Source: Anaerolineae bacterium
Lineage (GTDB): Bacteria; Chloroflexota; Anaerolineae; B4-G1; SLSP01
Assembly: GCA_025454475.1 (NCBI GenBank)
Contig: JALOOJ010000001.1
Coordinates: 6,015-70,014, forward strand
Reading direction: 5' to 3'
DNA length: 64,000 bases
Shown: in pieces, positions 1-9,800 of the stretch
Layout of the letters: each line of letters begins with the position of its first letter
How positions within the stretch are numbered: position 1 is the stretch's first letter
Translations under genes and position numbers: made by a program
Notes under the pieces: model-generated
Database searches by the model: none
The model's input: the letters and a program-made list of their open reading frames with translations, nothing else
What the model was told of the DNA's origin: nothing

Positions 1-408
1 GTGCCACCGGCTGGGGCTGAGGTGCCCGTACAGCGAATAAAGGTTAGTTAGGGGGTGGTCCACGATGACCAGCCATCCATACCCGCCGGCCCATCCCGAG
101 AAGCTGACACGTCCATCCGCCATCGCGAAGACCGGCGTTCCGGCCGACCGGTGGTAGTCCTCCGCCGCATGGTACATATGGGTCGGCGAGGACCCTACGC
201 TCGCCTCGCCAAACGATACGTGGTCCTCCGCGTCTCTGATGGGCGACGCATCGAGGGGAAAGCGGAAGGGGAGAGCGTCCGTGGCAGCGATCTCGTCGGC
301 CCGGGAAAGTCCGACAGGTTCGGTCGAGGGACACGAATCTGCGCGTTGAGCGCAACCGGAGAGGGCCAACAACAGGCTGAGACAGGCCCTCAGCCGATGA
401 CTAGCCAC
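1..408 (-). CDS. M23/LytM-family metallopeptidase lipoprotein; C-terminus runs off the left edge of the window
   Basis: Hand translation of the minus strand gives a lipoprotein signal from a GTG at 406-408 (VASHRLRACLSLLLALSGCAQR, lipobox LSGC), then M23 peptidase motifs HMYHAAEDYHRSAGTPVFAMADGRV...GYGWLVIVDHPLTNLYSLYGHL. Not in the ORF track because no stop lies inside the window. Confidence 0.55.
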   Translation of the reverse strand, partial: MASHRLRACLSLLLALSGCAQRADSCPSTEPVGLSRADEIAATDALPFRFPLDASPIRDAEDHVSFGEASVGSSPTHMYHAAEDYHRSAGTPVFAMADGRVSFSGWAGGYGWLVIVDHPLTNLYSLYGHLSPSRWH

Positions 409-543
409 GTCTCGAGTCCTTTCGGCACGACCTGAACAAGCCGGGGTGCTGGCGGACCTATCGTGCTACCAAGCTATTGAGTATGCGGGTTAGGTCACGG
501 AAGGGGCACCAACCACCTGGATGCAAACGCACCCCAAGCGACA

Positions 544-666
544 TCAGGACGGTCGGTACGCCGAACGAGAAAACAATGGGAGCGTACTCCAGACGATGGT
601 GGCGAGGAGGGACAGGAGGATAAAGAGCCAGGGATGTCCTACGAGCACAAATCTCCCTCTTGCCAT
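544..666 (-). CDS. 40-aa hydrophobic micro-protein (MARGRFVLVGHPWLFILLSLLATIVWSTLPLFSRSAYRPS), about 60 bp downstream of the rSAM gene
   Basis: ATG preceded by GAGGAG with a 6-nt spacer; single predicted TM helix; it is the C-terminal part of track ORF 544..1137. No family recognised. Confidence 0.3.
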   Translation of the reverse strand: MARGRFVLVGHPWLFILLSLLATIVWSTLPLFSRSAYRPS

Positions 667-728
667 GCGAAACTCCTCGCATGAACATTGGCTACCTGAA
701 TCCATTATAGGCCGTGCCGTCACGCCTG

Positions 729-1805
729 TCAACCGAATCGTCCGGTTCGGGATGACCCTCTCTGACCTTCTTGGCTCAGTATGGGACGCGCCCAGTCGAG
801 GTTCGCCTGCAGGAAGGGCTCCGGGACGCTCAAATCGCCGTAGCACACCTGAGCGGAGGCCTTGCACCCGCCCTGGCACTCGTCCTTCAGGGTGCATGGG
901 GTGCAGAACGTGGGTGTTGCCGCGGCAAAGCCGGCGATGCGTTCCGGGGCGAGGATGTCGGCAAGGGGCTCCTCCCAGACGTTGCCCAGCATGGTCGGGG
1001 CGTGATTGCACGGCCGCACGTTGCCGGCGGCATCGAAGGTGGGGTAGGCGCGGCCAGACCCTGCGGCGCAGAAACCAAATCCCAGGTGCGGATAGGCAGT
1101 GGGATCGATCAGGCAAGGTTGAATGGGGATCGAGCACGAGATAGGCAGGCGCAGCACCTGTGACGCACTCTCGGCAACCTCGAGCGCCTCGCGCATTTCG
1201 CCAAGCGTGGGCAGCAGGTCGAGATGGGCACTTCCACGCCCGCCGGGGTTAAAACGGTTGAGCATCACGCCACGCACCCCAAAGGCCGCAGCCAGCTTGA
1301 GCGTGTCGTGGAGATCACCGATGTTGCGTCGTGTGGCAACGAACACGGCAACGGCCTTTCCGCGATGGGTGCGGATGTGCGCCAGCGCCGCCAGTACGGC
1401 GTCGAACGCGCCAGGCGCGGCCGATAGCTCATCGTGCGCCTCGCGGCGATAGCTCAACAGCGGCAGCTCGAACAGCGCCACACCCCGCCGGATCAGGTCG
1501 GCCACCGTCAACTCATCGAGCCGGTGGCCGTTGGTGATCAGGTTCACCTGCGCCAGGCGCGCGGCGAAGCTTACGATATCGGGCAAATCGTCCCGCAGCA
1601 GCGGCTCACCGCCGGTCAGCGTGACGTGGTGACAATCGACCTGCGCCAGCACGTGGGCAAGTAGAGGCCGTACGTCGACCGGTGCCGCAGTGACCGCAGC
1701 CGCAGCGGCCTGCGGGTGGTTCCAGATGTTGTAGCAGTGGCTACAGGCGTGATCGCAGGCCTGGGTCACCTCCAGGATGACGGTCTGCAGGCGCGGACGT
1801 GACAC
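729..1805 (-). CDS. radical SAM / SPASM-domain enzyme (peptide- or protein-modifying maturase type)
   Basis: N-terminal CDHACSHC (Cx3Cx2C) radical SAM cluster motif and GGEPLL; C-terminal SPASM cysteines (CAAGSGRAYP...RPCNH...FCTPCTLKDECQGGC = Cx2Cx5Cx3C). GTG start with AGGAAG RBS, 11 nt after the upstream gene stop. Confidence 0.85.
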   Translation of the reverse strand: MSRPRLQTVILEVTQACDHACSHCYNIWNHPQAAAAAVTAAPVDVRPLLAHVLAQVDCHHVTLTGGEPLLRDDLPDIVSFAARLAQVNLITNGHRLDELTVADLIRRGVALFELPLLSYRREAHDELSAAPGAFDAVLAALAHIRTHRGKAVAVFVATRRNIGDLHDTLKLAAAFGVRGVMLNRFNPGGRGSAHLDLLPTLGEMREALEVAESASQVLRLPISCSIPIQPCLIDPTAYPHLGFGFCAAGSGRAYPTFDAAGNVRPCNHAPTMLGNVWEEPLADILAPERIAGFAAATPTFCTPCTLKDECQGGCKASAQVCYGDLSVPEPFLQANLDWARPILSQEGQRGSSRTGRFG

Positions 1806-1816
1806 CGGAAAGCTTC

Positions 1817-2464
1817 CTATTGCCGACCCAACAGCACCTCGACCAGGATGCGAGCGGCCTCGAGCGCAGAGGGCGGCACATCCAGATCGAGCTCCTGCAG
1901 GCTGGGATAGGCCATACTGCCGGCGGCAGCCTCGACAACCGCCTCGACCAGCGCGGCCTCGGCATCATCGGAAAGCGCGAGGAAGGCCATGTCTCGCTCG
2001 ATCGCGCCCCGGACCTGATCAACAATGGCCTGATCGATGCCGCTGCGTCCCGCCATCTCGTCCAGTAACGCGGCCTGCTGCACCAGATCGCTGCTGCTCT
2101 GAACGCCGTACTCGGGATAAAAGGATGGCTCATAGCAGGTGATCGGGGCATTGGCGCGCCACACGTGGGTGCTGGCACCCTCAAAGGCCGCCTGCAGATC
2201 GTCCGCTACGTCCCCATCGACGTCACCACCTGCGACCAATCTGTCAAGCGTGCTACGATGGTCAGCCACAAGCCGGTCTCGGGTTCGCTCACCCTTGTCC
2301 GCGTCTTGGGCATCTCGGGCCAGCCGATCGAGGCCGATCCAGGCGTCGCGAACCCCTGCCCAGGGCTCGTCCCTTACACGCGAAGGAGGCACGCAACGCA
2401 CGACGAGCAGAGATGCCACTGCCACGCCCAGGGAACGCACGAACTCACGCCGAGTAGGAGACAT
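1817..2464 (-). CDS. TAT-signal (twin-arginine) acidic, predicted helical secreted protein of unknown function
   Basis: MSPTRREFVRSLGVAVASLLVV twin-arginine signal peptide; AAGGAGGG RBS; stop 11 nt before the rSAM start, so same operon. Only two Cys (VVRCVPPSR, ITCYEPS). Confidence 0.6.
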   Translation of the reverse strand: MSPTRREFVRSLGVAVASLLVVRCVPPSRVRDEPWAGVRDAWIGLDRLARDAQDADKGERTRDRLVADHRSTLDRLVAGGDVDGDVADDLQAAFEGASTHVWRANAPITCYEPSFYPEYGVQSSSDLVQQAALLDEMAGRSGIDQAIVDQVRGAIERDMAFLALSDDAEAALVEAVVEAAAGSMAYPSLQELDLDVPPSALEAARILVEVLLGRQ

Positions 2465-2492
2465 CTCGCCCTCCTTAGGCTGAGGCGTTCAG

Positions 2493-4298
2493 TCAACCCA
2501 GACTGTGCGCGCCTGTCCGTACATAGTTAACGCAGAAGACCGCAGGCATTGCTGGCTCATCGGCGTGGGGTAAGTCCGCGCCTTCGAACCGGTTGGTGTC
2601 CAACGTAGGCTCGCGCCTTCGTGGCCCCGTGCGGAAGACAAGCCGCTCCACGGTGCGGACCGGCATCGCCAGCGCCCCACCTTCGATGAGCGGTCGATCG
2701 TCCAGCTCCAGATCGAACTGGTGAATCCCCGCGTCGATCCTCACCCGAACCTTGAGCCAAGCGCGGGGTCGGTAGATACCCGCGCTCACAAGGTGTCCCC
2801 CTTCCTTGACCCTGATGATCCCATCGGCGTCCAACACGATCAGGACGGCCAACCGACCTCCGCCGTCCACGACCTCGACCTGGAGCTGCCCGACGCCGGT
2901 ATGGCGCGCGGTCACCTTGAACTCGATGGTCACCCGCGCACTCTCCGGGAAGACCCGCTCAGCCTTGGCATAGTCGTAGGGGTCGTAGTCTCTGAGCTCG
3001 AGACTTCGGTTGTCCGCGCTGGGGAAGGCAATGACGGACACCGGCGCCCATCGCGGGCTGTAGATGTTCCAGTTCGGGATCAGGCCGCCGGGTTCCACTT
3101 CGTTGAACGTGTCGTCGACGGGTTCGTCCACGGCCCACCTGACGGGCACCGGGATGCGGCTGACCCATATGTCTTCCTTATTCATGCTATAGGCCACCCA
3201 TAGGCCCTCATCCGGTGGCAGCCCATTGCCCTCCGCGATCCCGCGCACGTAGTTCTGTCCAAAGTCCTTGTAGGTGCCGATGTACCGGCGGGGCGGAACC
3301 TCGCCGCAGACGCAGAGCAGATTGTCGAAGGCGACTCCATCCTCCCCGCTGACGAGCGCCAGGGGCCACCGATGACTGCCGTCCGGGTTGGGGTTGTAGA
3401 CCAAAGCGTAGGCGCCATCGGACGTGCGCTGGCCCCAGATCTTGGCGCCGCTCATCACCAGCGACGGAACATCCCCCGTGGTCCAGCTCGCGCCCTCGTC
3501 GGCGCTGATCCCGGCCCTGGAGAACTTCCACAGGCCAATCACGCGCCCATCGGGTAGATGGTAATAGGATAGCGCCTTGCCGCCCTCCACCGCATAGAAC
3601 CCGTCGGAGCTGCGATCCTCCTCCCACCACTGAAGCGTCATCAGTTTGTCTGCCAGCAGGGCGTCACACGCTGCTACGAAACCAGCATCCCCCGATGTCT
3701 GGTAGAACGGAAAGGGCGTGTTCATCTCATCCCAGCCGGCGTGACGGTTATAACGCAGGAAGTAGATCGGGCCAAAGCTATCACCGGCGCGCACCTCGCG
3801 CACCACACGGCCTAAGCCCATGCCGTCATTAGGCCCGCCGAGCGTTACGGGGGCACACCCGTAGAAGCCCAGCACGAGCAGTCGACCATCCGGCGCACCA
3901 TAGAACCCCATCCGCTGGTGCATCACCGCCTGGCTGTACGGCGGGAGCGGGTAGCCCTGGTAGACGCCCTCCGGCACATCGATGACCGGGAATACGACCT
4001 CCGGCTTTCCCCAGTGCAGGCCGTCTGCGGACGTGGTCAGCAGCGTGTGCCCAGGCGGCACGTGCTCCCCGATTGGGTTGCTCAGGTACTCCAGGTAGAA
4101 CCGCCCATTCCAGTAGGCCAACATGGGCGCGTGGTTATAGGTCCATCCGAAGCCATCCGCGCGGTCCGGGTGGGAGCGGTTGGCGCGCAAGACCTGGTAG
4201 GAGTGCACACCCACCGCAGGCCGAAGCTGACCGTCGTGATAGTCGGTGTTCGCGGTCTCGGTGCCGAGATAGCGCACAATCTGCGATGAAAGATCCAT
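2493..4298 (-). CDS. hypothetical protein, sialidase/BNR-like beta-propeller plus C-terminal ConA-like domain (possible glycoside hydrolase), no signal peptide
   Basis: 601-aa ORF starting at MDLSSQ (ATG at 4296-4298, strong GGAGGAGG RBS) rather than the track start. The propeller-like sequence impression (WTYNHAPMLAYWNGRFYLEY, repeated G/W-rich blades) is weak; I cannot assign a family. Confidence 0.5.
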   Translation of the reverse strand: MDLSSQIVRYLGTETANTDYHDGQLRPAVGVHSYQVLRANRSHPDRADGFGWTYNHAPMLAYWNGRFYLEYLSNPIGEHVPPGHTLLTTSADGLHWGKPEVVFPVIDVPEGVYQGYPLPPYSQAVMHQRMGFYGAPDGRLLVLGFYGCAPVTLGGPNDGMGLGRVVREVRAGDSFGPIYFLRYNRHAGWDEMNTPFPFYQTSGDAGFVAACDALLADKLMTLQWWEEDRSSDGFYAVEGGKALSYYHLPDGRVIGLWKFSRAGISADEGASWTTGDVPSLVMSGAKIWGQRTSDGAYALVYNPNPDGSHRWPLALVSGEDGVAFDNLLCVCGEVPPRRYIGTYKDFGQNYVRGIAEGNGLPPDEGLWVAYSMNKEDIWVSRIPVPVRWAVDEPVDDTFNEVEPGGLIPNWNIYSPRWAPVSVIAFPSADNRSLELRDYDPYDYAKAERVFPESARVTIEFKVTARHTGVGQLQVEVVDGGGRLAVLIVLDADGIIRVKEGGHLVSAGIYRPRAWLKVRVRIDAGIHQFDLELDDRPLIEGGALAMPVRTVERLVFRTGPRRREPTLDTNRFEGADLPHADEPAMPAVFCVNYVRTGAHSLG

Positions 4299-4651
4299 GG
4301 ATTCCTCCTCCCCATAGGCCTTGTCGAAACGGGACAACACCAGACGAGGTCGCGATCCCGCAAGCGGATCGACCCGAGCGACACTAACTATTGTATACGA
4401 GATCACTTTGGCCACAGAGCGCCCCGCCCCGCGCCCCTTGCGAAGGTCCGGAGAACTGCGGAGGACTGACTGCACCGTTACAGAATCCCGCTGATCGGAA
4501 GAGGATAAGCTAAGACCAGCTTGCCCACGTCGCCCAGAGCCGATGGCAGCAGAGGCTTGACCACTTTCGTCACGAAGCTACTGTCAATGTACTGATCCGA
4601 AGGGCCTCCGTTCTTGTCTTCATACCCGGCGAACGACCGGTCGCCGGCCCC

Positions 4652-4679
4652 TTGACAGGGCCAACGTGCTCCTATAATG
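4652..4679 (+). promoter_or_regulatory. consensus sigma70-type promoter TTGACA-16-TATAAT
   Basis: TTGACA at 4652-4657, 16-nt spacer, TATAAT at 4674-4679; about 140 bp upstream of the ATG at 4823. Confidence 0.6.
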
Positions 4680-4822
4680 AAGCATGTAGGGATGGTGCCC
4701 TCTGTTTCCACACCACGCCAACGCCCCGGTCACCTCGCCCTGAGCTTTGCATTTGGGCCGTTCCCACGCCGCACGACGCAGGAGACGCCCTCTTCTATCA
4801 GCGACGCTGGAGGCGAGGATCC

Positions 4823-6787
4823 ATGGACAACCGCCACCATGGCCGGACGACGCTCTCCTCAGCACTCGCGTTGAGTGTCGTGCTCGTGATGGCTGTCAGC
4901 CTGGGCGAGATCGCTCCCATCAGGCCCGGCATCTCCACGGGCGAACGTCCGGCCTCGCCGCTGGCGGGTTCTATCAAACGGGCGAGTTCCGCCATCGCCA
5001 TCACCGCCGATGGGCTGACCCTCGCAGCTGCAAACCCCGACTCCAACTCGGTCACATTGGTCAACGCCGCCACCCGCAGCGCACTTGCCGAGATCGGCGT
5101 AGGGATCGACCCACGCATGGTCGCCATCGATGAGGGCCACAACCGGCTGTATGTCACCAGCAGGGGCGATGACCGCGTCACACTGATCGATCTTGCCTCG
5201 CTGCAGGTAGTCACCGCGACGCAGACCGGCGGCCAGCCCTATGGGATCGTGGTGGACGCTGCCGGGCAGCTGCTCTACGTGGCGGAACAGGGGGCCGATC
5301 GCATCGCCGTGCTGGACGCTTTGACACTCGACCGGGTCGCGGCTTACCCGACCGCGGACCGGCCCAGTGGACTGGCGCTGTCGGCCGATGGACGGACGTT
5401 GGTCGTCACCCACCTGCTCACCAACACCCTCACGATCCTCACCGTCCGGCCCTTCACGGCCTACCTGCCTCTCCTCATTCGCGAAGGCATCACGACCGCT
5501 GTGTCCGGCGGTACACGAGCCACAGGAACCATCTGGGCTGCGAACATCCCAAGCACCACACTCTCGCTCTGGCCCGACAGCAACCTAGTGCAGTCCATCG
5601 TGATCGCGCCGGACGGGCAGCGGGCCTATGTGGTGCACACCCGCTCGAACACCGGAAACCGTGCCCTGACCTTCGACACGACCGTTTTCCCGGTCGTCTC
5701 GCTGATCGACCTCCCCAGCCGGCGACATCTGCTAGGACAGCAGTTCGACCTGGGCACATTCGATCCGCCGGGGGTGGGATTACCCTTCGATGCCGCACTC
5801 ACCCCGGATGGGGCTCAGCTCTGGGTGGTGAACGCCGGCAGCAATGATGTGACGGTGATTGACCTGACCACTCGGCAGCGCGTGGCGCATATCGAGGTGG
5901 GCGACAACCCGCGCGGCATCGCCTTCGCCCCGGATGGGTCGGAGGCCTACGTCAACGCCACGCTGGCGGGCACGGTCGAGGTGCTCAGCGCTGGCACCTA
6001 CACCATCACGGCGGTGATCACCGCGACCGAAATCCCCCTCCCCCCGGTGCTGCTCAACGGCAAGCGGCTGTTCAACTCCAGCGATGACCCGCGAATGGCG
6101 CGGGCTCAATGGATCAGCTGCGCCACGTGTCACTTCGAGGGTGAGCACGACGGCCGGACTTGGTTCTTCGGTTTCGCCGGACCGCGCAACACGACCAGCC
6201 TCCTGGGTATGATCGAGACCTATCCCCTGCGCTGGTCGGGGGAGTGGGATGAATCCGCGGATTCCGAGTTCGCGGTCCGCCAGGAGAACTTCGGTTCAGG
6301 CCTGATCACCGGCGAGCTGTATTGCGCATTGATGCCCCTGGATTGCGTCCACCAGCCCCCGAACCAGGGCAGATCCGACGACCTGGATAGCCTGGCCGCG
6401 TTCATTGACTCGCTGAGGATCCCGCTCAGTCCGACGCACGCCCACGGTGAGCCACTCAGCGCGGCGGAAACGCGCGGGCAAGCGAGCTTCCATATCCCGA
6501 CGCTGGGCTGCGTGACCTGCCACCCGCCGCCGTTGTATACCGATCTGCAGGCACACGATGTCGGCACCGCCACCGACGACGAGCGCATCGGCCCGGCCTA
6601 TGACACGCCCTCGCTGCGGGGCCTGTATGGCAGCGCACCCTACTTCCACGATGGCAGCGCCGGCACACTCCATGCGGCACTCACCCGCCCTACGCCCAAC
6701 AGCGAACACGATGTGTCTGAGAAGCTGACGGAGACGGAGACAACGGAGCTGGTTGAGTTTTTGCTGGCTCTGCCGTTCCAGCCTTGA
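4823..6787 (+). CDS. secreted YVTN-family beta-propeller fused to a di-heme cytochrome c peroxidase / MauG-family domain
   Basis: Start moved to MDNRHHGRTTLSSALALSVVLVMAVS (signal peptide; GGAGGCGAGGA RBS). N-terminal repeated YVTN-type blades (LYVTSRGDDRVTLIDL, LYVAEQGADRIAVLD, LWVVNAGSNDVTVIDL). C-terminal CATCH and CVTCH heme motifs plus PSLRG and PYFHDGS CCP signatures. Confidence 0.85.
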   Translation: MDNRHHGRTTLSSALALSVVLVMAVSLGEIAPIRPGISTGERPASPLAGSIKRASSAIAITADGLTLAAANPDSNSVTLVNAATRSALAEIGVGIDPRMVAIDEGHNRLYVTSRGDDRVTLIDLASLQVVTATQTGGQPYGIVVDAAGQLLYVAEQGADRIAVLDALTLDRVAAYPTADRPSGLALSADGRTLVVTHLLTNTLTILTVRPFTAYLPLLIREGITTAVSGGTRATGTIWAANIPSTTLSLWPDSNLVQSIVIAPDGQRAYVVHTRSNTGNRALTFDTTVFPVVSLIDLPSRRHLLGQQFDLGTFDPPGVGLPFDAALTPDGAQLWVVNAGSNDVTVIDLTTRQRVAHIEVGDNPRGIAFAPDGSEAYVNATLAGTVEVLSAGTYTITAVITATEIPLPPVLLNGKRLFNSSDDPRMARAQWISCATCHFEGEHDGRTWFFGFAGPRNTTSLLGMIETYPLRWSGEWDESADSEFAVRQENFGSGLITGELYCALMPLDCVHQPPNQGRSDDLDSLAAFIDSLRIPLSPTHAHGEPLSAAETRGQASFHIPTLGCVTCHPPPLYTDLQAHDVGTATDDERIGPAYDTPSLRGLYGSAPYFHDGSAGTLHAALTRPTPNSEHDVSEKLTETETTELVEFLLALPFQP

Positions 6788-6823
6788 CCCCGTACGGAGG
6801 GTATCCGTACCAGGAGGCTCGCC

Positions 6824-9800
6824 ATGCGCAAGATGATGGTTGTGTTTCTCTCCCTGTTCGGACTACTGGTCCTGAGTGCGGCGCTGCGAGCAGCGGAAGC
6901 AACGCCGCAGCCCGCTGCACCGCGCGACGCTGATCCGGCGCCTCCGGCTGAGGCACTGGACCTGTCGGCTAGCATCGTCGTCTCGGGCACCGTCTTCGGG
7001 CCTGGCGGGGGCGTCCCCAATGTCAGCATCCGGATTTCATCAGGTGTCGGCCCGCAGACAAAGATCACGGATGCCAACGGTTTCTACAGCGCCACCGTTC
7101 TCTCCGGCTTAATCGAGTTCGAGGTCCGACCTCCCCTCGTCACCCGCCTGAGCCAGATCAACACGGCCAGCGACGGCGCGCAGAGCGATTTCACCCAGAA
7201 CTTCACGGTGACTGCGGGCAGCCTGCTCAGCATGGTACCCGTGGGGACAGGCGGAGAGCCAATCACCGATACCGTCCTGCTGCGCGTGTGGCCCCTGCAA
7301 GCTGAGTTGACGGGGCTCACGTGGTATGAGATGGACTGGCAGGCCGCTTCTCAGCGGTTCGAGGCCGTGTTGCCGCAGGACGTGACCTACCTCAAGATCG
7401 CCCGGGTGCCCGAGGGCTACTATACGACCTTCGTGCCGGTGGATCTGCGCAGCGGCGATGTCACAGTGAACATCCCGCTCAACACCCACTATGTGCCCAT
7501 GCCGCCTGTTGACCCGCCCGATGCATCGAAGATCACGTTCGGCCCCCCCGATGAGCTGGGCGAGGTGACGGTGACGGGCGGACCCGGTGCGGTGATGCCA
7601 CTGGCACGGGTCTTTCTCAACAACCTGAACAGCATGCACCAGGCCTATGCCGTTTCGGGAGCCGACGGCAGCTTTACGGCCCGCATCTGGGCTCCGCCGG
7701 GTTCCAACATCCTCATCAAGCATGGCCCCAGCGGCTACTCCGCCGCGCCGGACGAAAGCTGGCCCGGTCTGAGCAATGGCCTGCCGGGGGGCAAAGTCAC
7801 CGTGCTTCCGGGCACGATCCTATTTGTGCCGTTTGACGTTCCCGCAGCGCCGGGGGACTTGCCCTTCGCGACGGCAGGCGCCGCTCAAAAGCACCTCGAT
7901 CTGGCCGCGGAGACGCGGGACTACGTCGGTGCGGCTTGGACGTTGACGGGGGTGGTGCATCCCCTGGGCAACGGCAGCTATGCGCTTAGCAGCACGCTGC
8001 GTCTCTATAGCCACGCACTCACGCTAAGCACCGATCTCGGCGCGATTCACACCCCAGGGTCTTTGAGCGTGTTGATGCAGCACAACGCTGATGGCCAACC
8101 TTTGGCCCACAAGAACCGCTTCGTGTCCACACTCCTCTCACCCACCGGGCTGCCCATCGAGACGGCAGCCCTGCCTACGCTGCAGTGGGGTGTTCCCGTG
8201 GACGGTATGAGCTGGCGCCACGTGAGTGAGCACGTCATCGAGGGCGACCTGGGCTGCACCTTTGTGATCAGTGACGACCTGCCAGGCATCTACCGTCCGC
8301 GTATCCAGTTCGCGGCGTTCGAGTCGGGTATGAGCGGGGTCCCGACCGACACGACCTGGCTGGCCTCCGAGGTCGAGACCTTTCAGAGCGCGCCTGACCA
8401 GGCGCTCCTACCCCCCATCGCCATCGGGGAGGTGGCGCGGCCGCGGCTGATCTGGCACCTGCTGACCAACACGTGGGTGCAGGGGCAGCGTGGCATCGGC
8501 GCCATCGGGGACCGCGATACCTTCGGGCTGGTCACTGAGATTGTCACCCAGGGGGATGTCTTCATCGTGCCGCCCGTGGAGGAGGTCACGGGGGAGCCCA
8601 TCACGTACCGGTTGGAGCCCTTCCTGCCCATGATCTCGTACGCGGATAGGGCACAGCCCGGGCCGCCGTATATCCCGTTCGAGCTGCCGGGCGGCGAGCT
8701 CCACGTCGTCGTCCGGAGGCCCGATGGGCAAGTGGTGGACCTCGGAACGGAACCCTTCGCCCAGTCTCTCGCGCAGACGCCCAGCACGGTCTCGGGGCAC
8801 GACGACAACCAGGGCACGCAGCAACTCGACGACGTCTACGCAGTGCGCGCGGCCTCCGAACGGTTCGCCTTCGTCTTTGAGCAGTATGGACGCTACGTCA
8901 TCACGATGACCGGCGTACTCGAGGATGTATGGGGCAACGTCTACACAGGGGGCGGCACGTACGAGGTGTGGGCAGCGCAGCCGCTGGACATTGACCCCGG
9001 CATGATGCCCGGCACACCCTTTGCGATCGGCGATGTCCTCAACCCCACCCTCCAGGTGTACCCGCGCGTCGGCGCCGAGGTGAGTCTGAGGATACGTCAG
9101 TATCAGGGATGGCAGCCCGCAGCGGTGGTCCTTGATCGCACCGTCGTGGGGACCGCAAACGCCTACGGCACCTTCACCCCCGAGATCGTGCCACCCATCA
9201 GGTTCACGGAGCCGGGCGAGTACCGCGTCGATCTGACGACAAGGTATTGGGATGAAGCCGGCAGGCTCAGGATGGGGGTGATGACATGGGGCGGCGTGGT
9301 GATGACACCACCGGCGCAGGCCGATCTGATCGCCCACGGGCGGCGCGGCTACGATGTGGGCACGTTCCCCGATATGACCTGGTTCGTGGGCCTGCGCGAC
9401 GTGGTCCTGCCCGCTGGTGTGGTGTCACACCTGCACGCGCCGTACTTCGCCGGCGACATTATCTGGAGCCGCATGGAGGATGGACTCTACGGCGACTCGC
9501 TGATCCTCAATCCGGGCCTCCAGGACACGACCGGAGGATACTGGTCCGAGCTGCTTCTGGATCGCGCCGTCCACATGCGGCTTGAGGGTATGGCGCCCAA
9601 CGACCTCCAGACGCGCGTTGATCGGGGCGAGATCCCCGTCTTCTTCAGCACAACCACGGGCAACGCCCCGCAGGTGGACCCCACCGTTCTCGATCAGGCC
9701 GCCTATGCCTATGAGTCCTCGCAGCGGCCCGGCGTGCGGGTCCGAGAGTACCTGGGCGACGATAGTCCGATAGCTTATTGGCGGCTCGACACAACCTACG

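Noticed and set aside
44-435. Track ORFs 44..355(-) and 55..435(+), 103-126 aa
   Set aside because: Arg/Gly-rich and featureless, typical of off-frame GC-rich translation. The same DNA encodes a convincing M23 peptidase lipoprotein in another minus-strand frame that runs off the window edge.
458-688. 76-aa minus-strand ORF downstream of the rSAM gene as a possible RiPP precursor
   Set aside because: No RBS and no leader/core-like pattern. A different frame in the same interval gives a 40-aa TM micro-ORF with a strong GAGGAG RBS, which I kept instead at low confidence.
771-2184. Numerous 60-200-aa ORFs overlapping the rSAM and TAT genes on the opposite strand or in other frames
   Set aside because: Completely embedded in genes with strong motif support; Arg/Pro/Ala-rich compositions characteristic of antisense high-GC reading frames.
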